Assembly (NCBI GenBank): GCA_963663165.1
Contig: OY760175.1
Span: forward strand, 224,001-288,000
Length of the DNA stretch: 64,000 bases
Reading direction: 5' to 3'
Source: an uncultured Desulfospira sp.
Lineage (GTDB): Bacteria > Desulfobacterota > Desulfobacteria > Desulfobacterales > Desulfobacteraceae
Below are positions 58,142 through 64,000 of this stretch, piece by piece. The position numbers were made by a program, and so were the translations under genes. Under the pieces are notes generated by a model that had not been told where the DNA came from, ran no database searches, and saw only the letters and a list, made by a program, of their open reading frames with translations. Positions within the stretch are counted from its first letter, which is position 1. Every line of letters begins with the position of its first letter.

Positions 58142-60526
58142 CTATGAATCTCGTTTTGAGGTGGTTTCCATATATTCTTTTAACCGACGGAGAAAGGCCT
58201 GCTTCTCGTCGGGGGTGTCAAGGAAGTAAAAGCGGCCTGTGGCCCGTTCCATTTCCAGAAAATCAAGCACAAACTGGTATTTGGCCGAGGCCAGGGCCCG
58301 CTCGCTGTTGAGTTTGGTATTCTGGGCATCCACCAGTTCGGTGACGCTGTTGCGGCCTTCGGCGTATCCGGCCTGCATGATGTCAAAGCTTTTCAGGGCC
58401 GCCTCATACCGGGCATTGGCCAGGGCAATTTCCCGGGCCGATACGGCCGCAGTTTCAAGCTTTGACCGGATATCTAAGTGAAACTGGTTAACGGCATCTC
58501 TTTCCTGTAATTTGAGCTGGGACAATTCAAGCCGGCTCTGGGCCAGTTCCTTTTGGTTGGCCCCCCCGGTAAACAGGGGCCATGTCGCGGTCAGGGAAAC
58601 CGACCAGGGATGATCCAGGTCTGAACTGGTGTTCTGCCGGACCTCATATTCATCCAGGATTTTTTCTATATTGGCCTCAAGACCGACACTGGGCAGGTAC
58701 AAGGCCCGTTTTTTATTGAGTACCAGCCGTTCCTGGGCCTTAATGTTTTCCTGAATCTGTTTGAGTTCAGGCAGATACCGGTCCGCTTCAGTGACCAGAA
58801 AATTACTGAATTTACGAACCTGTTTTAAATTGTTGAGAAACCGGTATACCGAAGGATCTGTAATCATCAGTTCAATGCCCTTGTCCGGCCCCACATCCGC
58901 TAAGGAGAAATCCCGCAGGATAGGCCGGTCCAGAATCTGGTTGAGCTGCATCCGGGCGGTTTGAAAATCCCGGAACGCATCATTGAGGCTGATCTGATTG
59001 GCGGCCTTTTCACTTTCCCACCGGCTCACCTCGGCCAGGTTGACCGTTCCCACAGCCGCTTTATTTCGGGCGATCTCCAGGTTTTTACGGGTCACACTCA
59101 GGTTGTCATTATGAATGTTCTGGGTACTCATGGCCAGCAGCAGGTTGATATACGCCCGGGAGGCCGTCAGCACCGTATCCAGAAGGGCTGCTTTTTCACT
59201 GTACTGCCGGGCCCCGGTCAATATTTTCTGGACGGCCAGGTTGGCTAGAAGATCGTCTGAAAAAACGGCCTGTTGCAAACCGGCACCCGCCGAAAAAGTG
59301 GTCTGGGCATTATACGTCTGGGCGATGTTGACCCGGTTTTTATCGATCCGTGTCAGGCCTGCCGAAACGCTGACCTGGGGAAACAGGGCGGCCCGGGCGA
59401 TCTGGGCCTGGGTTTCCTGTATCTGGGTGTCTGCCTGTGAGGAAAGGTAGGCCAGGTTTCGTTCAAGGGCCTCTAAAATCACCCCTTTAAGCTTGAGCCC
59501 GGGGCCCCCCTGGTGAAGTTTTTCAAGGTTGATGAGCCGGGCCTTGGCTGCCGTCTCAAAAGACGGGTAATAATCAATTTTTTTCATGGTATCCACATTG
59601 AGGACAAAGTTGTTCGAGTAACTGGATATGGATACGGGCAGGGTCCCGGCATCAGCGCCTTCAAGGATGTCCAGGACATTAATGGCCACCCGGCGGGCCA
59701 TGGTGTTGATGTTCCGGTCCGGGGCAATGGACGAAAGCGCCCCGAGCCTTACATGGGATTCGCCGAGCAGGGCAAAGGAGGGCAGCCGGCGCCGGTTGAC
59801 TTCTTTGATGATGGCGGCCATCTGCTCATCCCCGTTTTCTGTGAACACCGGCACCAGATAAACGGCATCAGATTCCAGGGGGACCTGGGGGAGGCCAGTG
59901 TCAATATGCGCCGGGTCAATGGTTACCAGAGAAAAGGTTGAATCCGGGGCAATGGTTTTTAAAATGGTGGTGAAATATGTTTCAAGGGCCTTTAGGACCC
60001 CCCGGTCATCCTTTGGCAGCACCACACTCAGATGCCGGTAGTCAACCAGGGATTTAAAGGTTGTCAGGTCCTGCGCCACATCAAAGTGGGATTCAATATA
60101 ATTTAAATTGTGTACGCCGGAACCGCCTTCTGAAGAGCGGGGGGCTCCCTGAAGCCTGGCATCCATAACGCCCACGGCAATAACCGGCCGGGGATACTGA
60201 TTAAGGCGGATCAGCCGGTCACTGAGCTCTACCCCAAGCCCGATAAAACAGTCCCCCCCCTTATGGGTAAGCAGGCGGCCAATGGATTCAATGCTTTGTT
60301 CCCGGGGATTCACGGGAACCATCTGGTTCTGGTACCTGATGTCGGCCCGGCTTTTCATGAGGGTATTGATTTCCTCTTTAATCTGCTGGGCAAAAAGTCC
60401 AAGCCCGGTTTCTTCATTGGCCCCGTTGATAAATGTGATGGTGTAAACCGGCCTGGCGTGTCCTATATTCCCCGCCAAGACCAGCAGGCAGCCCACAAGA
60501 GCCGGTATCAGTTGCTTGATTTTCAT
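58142..60526 (-). CDS. TolC-family outer-membrane factor with N-terminal substrate-binding-like domain
   Basis: C-terminal TolC repeats (ALERN, LFPQV, LYLPSV, Y.EG.....LVDAQ). N-terminal ~340 aa resembles ABC substrate-binding proteins (LPSF......V..GAL, LNVDT..KI). Confidence 0.85.
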   Translation of the reverse strand: MKIKQLIPALVGCLLVLAGNIGHARPVYTITFINGANEETGLGLFAQQIKEEINTLMKSRADIRYQNQMVPVNPREQSIESIGRLLTHKGGDCFIGLGVELSDRLIRLNQYPRPVIAVGVMDARLQGAPRSSEGGSGVHNLNYIESHFDVAQDLTTFKSLVDYRHLSVVLPKDDRGVLKALETYFTTILKTIAPDSTFSLVTIDPAHIDTGLPQVPLESDAVYLVPVFTENGDEQMAAIIKEVNRRRLPSFALLGESHVRLGALSSIAPDRNINTMARRVAINVLDILEGADAGTLPVSISSYSNNFVLNVDTMKKIDYYPSFETAAKARLINLEKLHQGGPGLKLKGVILEALERNLAYLSSQADTQIQETQAQIARAALFPQVSVSAGLTRIDKNRVNIAQTYNAQTTFSAGAGLQQAVFSDDLLANLAVQKILTGARQYSEKAALLDTVLTASRAYINLLLAMSTQNIHNDNLSVTRKNLEIARNKAAVGTVNLAEVSRWESEKAANQISLNDAFRDFQTARMQLNQILDRPILRDFSLADVGPDKGIELMITDPSVYRFLNNLKQVRKFSNFLVTEADRYLPELKQIQENIKAQERLVLNKKRALYLPSVGLEANIEKILDEYEVRQNTSSDLDHPWSVSLTATWPLFTGGANQKELAQSRLELSQLKLQERDAVNQFHLDIRSKLETAAVSAREIALANARYEAALKSFDIMQAGYAEGRNSVTELVDAQNTKLNSERALASAKYQFVLDFLEMERATGRFYFLDTPDEKQAFLRRLKEYMETTSKRDS

Positions 60527-60797
60527 TTAAGGGTTTACCCTTTCCCCCTTGACGCCTTTGCCGGGGTGCGTTAAAAAAACAGTGGTCTATTCCTTATTGT
60601 ATATGCGGAATGGGTTTTGGTTTCCTTATTATGACTGTCCGGGGTATATTTATAATATAAGTCAGCCGGCCAGGTCAAACACAAATGACGCTATACCGGC
60701 AATGGTTTTTACTCAAGGAAATCAACAGACAGATAGCCGTATCTTGCCCCGCTCTTTCAAGATAAGGAGTAAAATTTGAGTGTTTTCCCTGGTGCAT

Positions 60798-60890
60798 TTA
60801 TATGAAAGTCTCACTAACGTCCTGAGAAGACTTTCAATATTTGTTGTGGACGGTGCTTGGTTGGATAATCCAAGCCGTCCGTGACGGTTA
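60798..60890 (+). repeat. Dispersed two-hairpin intergenic repeat, copy 3
   Basis: TGAAAGTC-N18-GACTTTCA followed by GGACGG..CTTGG..CCAAGCCGTCC. Confidence 0.85.
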
Positions 60891-61431
60891 TATGGAAAGC
60901 CTTTTTGGGGCGCACCCTTGGGGACGGTGGGCATTAGACCGGAACAGCCGGTTTAAAATGTGTTTTTTAATCTTTTTTTCGTACATTAGAAAAAAATCGG
61001 CCGCCCAAGCAAAAAACTTTAAGAGGGTAGTAAAATGCGGTTGTCGTTGTTCGTAATATTCTGAAATATATGAATAATATTGTATTTAGAGCGGGGCTTA
61101 TTTCCCCTCGTTATCCAGAAATAAGACAGGGGGCAGACGGAAAGATTGACAAATTTGCAAAAAAAAACCTTGAATTGTAATGAATAATCAGATAGTTAAG
61201 ATACAAAACAATCAACTATGTGTTTTAATGGGTTTTTGGGTTCTAAGTAGTCAAAAAAATATCGTGTTCCCGTCTATATCGGTCTACATACAGTATCGGC
61301 AGGGTGAGGTGCATTCCCCATTGGAGATGCTTTGAGAATTTCCTGCCATGGGGGACCACATTAACTGGGGGTTTAAAGTTACTGCACACACGCCTTGTGC
61401 AGGTATGGGATAATGTAAGGAGATTATACTG

Positions 61432-62829
61432 ATGCGTTCTAAAATATTGTTAAACATAGCTGTCCTGCTGGTGTGCTGTATCGTTATCGGATGTGTGGGG
61501 ACGAGCCAGAAGGCTGAAAACGTGGCCCCTGAACCGGCAGCGGCGGAAGAATCCCACAGTTCTTTCCATAAATCGCAGCTGCACGACTGCGAGCCCGTTG
61601 ACACCACCGGTTATGTTAAAAAAGTTGACAATTTTATGCTGATATTTGATCCTTCGGCTTCAATGACACAGACGGTAACGGCATCCCGGTCATGCATGTC
61701 CTGCCATACGGCTTACCAGGACCAGAAATTTGCGGAAGACCATGCGGTTCAGTATGGCGGCCGGGAATTTGAAAAGAAAGGGGTCCTGAAACTGTTTACC
61801 GGCCGGCAGAAAGAGGAAATTACTGAACAGGACCGGGTCAATCGCTGCTGTGAATGCCACCAGGACGCCCTTTCAAACAAACTGGAGTTCGGCCGGAGCC
61901 TGGCCGCCTGCATGAATGACAGCATCCCTGATTTTGACTACAACAGTGCCCTGAGAACCTTTGGATATCCCGTGTATACGCAACTTGGCAACGGGCCCAA
62001 GCCTTACGACCGTGACGAATACGGCCATGTCATAAGGAAACTGTTCGAAGCGGACGGGGCAAGCCCGCTGTGGGTCACCCTCCGGGCGGCGGGCCGGGAC
62101 TGGTATGCCCATAAGGGAAAGATTGCCGTCATCATCATCAGCGACGGCATGGATATGGGAGAAAAAGAGGTGCTGGGCGCAGAAGAACTAAAGCTTCGCT
62201 ACCGGGATGATATCTGCATTTATACAGTGCAGATCGGGTATGATGTAAAGGGGGGCGAGATCCTGAAAAGAATTGCCGATGCCGGCCGGTGCGGAACGTT
62301 TTTTACCGGGCAGGACCTTAACTCCAAAGACGGTATGGAAAATTTTGTGCGCGAGGTGTTTCTTGAACCGGCACCGACTATGGCCGGCGACAGTGACGGT
62401 GACGGGGTCCCCGATGATATGGATGACTGCCCGGATACCGAGCCCGGCGTACCGGTGGATGACCGGGGCTGCTGGAAACTGTCGGTCATTGCCGATGTCC
62501 TGTTCGACTTTGACAAGTACGTGCTTCGCCCTGAAGGCAAAAAGGTCCTTAACAAAGTGGCGGCCCTGATGAACAAACATCCATACCTTAACCTGCACTT
62601 AAGCGGCCATACCGATAACTACGGCAGCATGAAGTACAATATCAAGCTGTCTAAAAACAGAACCCTGGCCGGGTTCACCTATTTGAAAAAACAGGGGATA
62701 GACCCTGAGAGAATATCGTTGAGCTGGCATTCTTTCTCCATTCCGGTGGCAACCAATGAAACAGATGAAGGACGGCAGCTCAACCGGAGGCTTGAGTTTA
62801 AATTTACAAAAGTTAGGGAAAACAAATAG
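61432..62829 (+). CDS. OmpA-family lipoprotein with vWA domain, TSP3 repeat and two CxxCH motifs
   Basis: Lipobox VIGC; MIDAS-like DPSASM and IISDG; CMSCH and CCECH; DSDGDGVPD..D.CPDT; LFDFDK, GHTD, NRR.E. Confidence 0.88.
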   Translation: MRSKILLNIAVLLVCCIVIGCVGTSQKAENVAPEPAAAEESHSSFHKSQLHDCEPVDTTGYVKKVDNFMLIFDPSASMTQTVTASRSCMSCHTAYQDQKFAEDHAVQYGGREFEKKGVLKLFTGRQKEEITEQDRVNRCCECHQDALSNKLEFGRSLAACMNDSIPDFDYNSALRTFGYPVYTQLGNGPKPYDRDEYGHVIRKLFEADGASPLWVTLRAAGRDWYAHKGKIAVIIISDGMDMGEKEVLGAEELKLRYRDDICIYTVQIGYDVKGGEILKRIADAGRCGTFFTGQDLNSKDGMENFVREVFLEPAPTMAGDSDGDGVPDDMDDCPDTEPGVPVDDRGCWKLSVIADVLFDFDKYVLRPEGKKVLNKVAALMNKHPYLNLHLSGHTDNYGSMKYNIKLSKNRTLAGFTYLKKQGIDPERISLSWHSFSIPVATNETDEGRQLNRRLEFKFTKVRENK

Positions 62830-62838
62830 GAAAAATCT

Positions 62839-63873
62839 ATGAAACGTGCAACTGTAAGTTTACTCTTTGTTTTTTTCCTGTCTGCATGCGGCTCGCCTGA
62901 AGTCAGCATACAAAAGGACGTTATTTACAACCGGCCCATGCCCAAGTACGAGTTTGAGTATGAGCTTGGGCCCGGCGACGTTATGGAAATTGTTTACCAC
63001 TATACCCCGCGCCCGGATACCAACGAGTATTATCTGGCCGTTGGCGATGTGGTCCGGGTTGAATTTGCCTTTCACCCGGAAGTCAACCGGAACGTTACGG
63101 TGACGCCGGACGGCAATGTGTCCATGCCCCAGCGCGGGGATGTCAAGGCCCTGGGCCTGACCCCGACCCAGCTTCAAAAAAAGCTGACCGAGCTGTACAG
63201 TGACGACTTTATTGATCCGGTCATCACCATCACCATGGTGGAATACAACCGGACCATTGACCATCTCAAACGGGCCATCACCACTGCGGCCCGCGGGCAG
63301 AGCAAGCTGACCACCATCCGCCCGGACGGATATATTTCCTTTCCGGTTATCCGGGATGTATATGCCAAAGGCAAGACCCTTCCCGAGTTAAAGGAAATTG
63401 TCCAGAGGGAATATTCACAACAGGTGGACAACCTGACCGTGACCCTGATCCTCAAAGAGGTCCATGCCAACCTGGTCTATATTATGGGCGAAATCGGAAC
63501 CCCCGGTTATTTTCTAATGGAACATCCCTATACGGTCAGCCAGTTGGCGGCCAGGGCCGGCGGCCTTTTGAACACCGCGGAACGAAGCTCTATTCTGGTG
63601 ATCACCAGAGATAAGGAAAGGCGGCCCTGGGGCCGGATCGTTAATTTGAAAAAGGTGGTTGAGGATGGTGATATGAGCCAGGACATTGTACTGAACCAGT
63701 ACGATGTGGTGTATGTGCCAAAATCAAAAATTGCCAGGGCAAATCTGTTTGTTGAACAATACATCAACAACATGATACCATCCAATCTCATCGGCCCCTA
63801 TGACATGGGTGGCACATTGTTGAATACCCGTCCCCTTATTAACGACGGTATCGGCAATACGAATATGCCTTAA
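62839..63873 (+). CDS. Polysaccharide export/biosynthesis lipoprotein (Wza-like, duplicated Poly_export + SLBB)
   Basis: Lipobox LSAC; LGPGD, V.PDG.VS.P..G.V.A.GLT, VYIMGE..PG, L...DVVYVP. Confidence 0.85.
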   Translation: MKRATVSLLFVFFLSACGSPEVSIQKDVIYNRPMPKYEFEYELGPGDVMEIVYHYTPRPDTNEYYLAVGDVVRVEFAFHPEVNRNVTVTPDGNVSMPQRGDVKALGLTPTQLQKKLTELYSDDFIDPVITITMVEYNRTIDHLKRAITTAARGQSKLTTIRPDGYISFPVIRDVYAKGKTLPELKEIVQREYSQQVDNLTVTLILKEVHANLVYIMGEIGTPGYFLMEHPYTVSQLAARAGGLLNTAERSSILVITRDKERRPWGRIVNLKKVVEDGDMSQDIVLNQYDVVYVPKSKIARANLFVEQYINNMIPSNLIGPYDMGGTLLNTRPLINDGIGNTNMP

Positions 63874-64000
63874 AGGCAGCATTATTAAACATGAAGCAGG
63901 CATTCCTCGGCAGGAACAGCAAATTTCTGAAAGGTGAGTGTGAAGAGACTTCAGATATTAGACTTTAGATTTTGAAATCGGCTGAAAGGCACCCCAAGTC

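Noticed and set aside
61308..61322. GGTGCATTCCC as partner IR of the ISKra4-like end at 5481-5497
   Set aside because: Short imperfect match 56 kb away and on the wrong side; probably chance or part of a leader hairpin.
158..63791. Numerous 60-220 aa ORFs overlapping or antisense to recognised genes
   Set aside because: Shadow ORFs with no motifs, expected in GC-rich coding DNA. The long N-terminal extensions of the ORFs at 8382, 13205, 26432 and 53068 were also trimmed to better starts.

Overview
The window looks like a chromosome segment from a sulfate-reducing deltaproteobacterium, probably Desulfobacteraceae (inferred from gene content only). Bases 1-8474 are the right end of an integrative element. 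It has an intact tyrosine integrase beside the displaced 3' half of a tRNA-Arg(ACG) (att site), hicBA, an orphan HTH gene, and a DUF6499/DUF2285-like gene behind a three-way-junction RNA leader. It also holds nested insertion sequences. Two unrelated DDE IS types (ISAs1/ISNCY-like and ISKra4-like) each carry a DUF4338 (DruA-family, Mom/GNAT-like) passenger gene. The first type has a second, complete copy at 13302-16080 with 17-bp IRs and a 9-bp TSD. Bases ~20.1-26.6 kb are a decayed accessory patch cut up by a recurring GGGGTCGG repeat. It holds an MCP fragment, two toxin-antitoxin pairs, nested REP/MITE elements, a frameshifted redoxin, a FISUMP C-terminus with a DGR variable-region-like codon signature, and a truncated surface protein under a sigma54 promoter and c-di-GMP-I riboswitch. 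The rest is mostly housekeeping and envelope genes (truA, manC, recJ, miaB, map, ydbH-ynbE-ydbL, RND efflux, Wza-like). Notable among them are a PEP-CTERM-type exported metacaspase and an OmpA/vWA lipoprotein with an inserted two-CxxCH module. I found no CRISPR array, reverse transcriptase, TnpB or rRNA. All family assignments come from motif recognition, not database searches.
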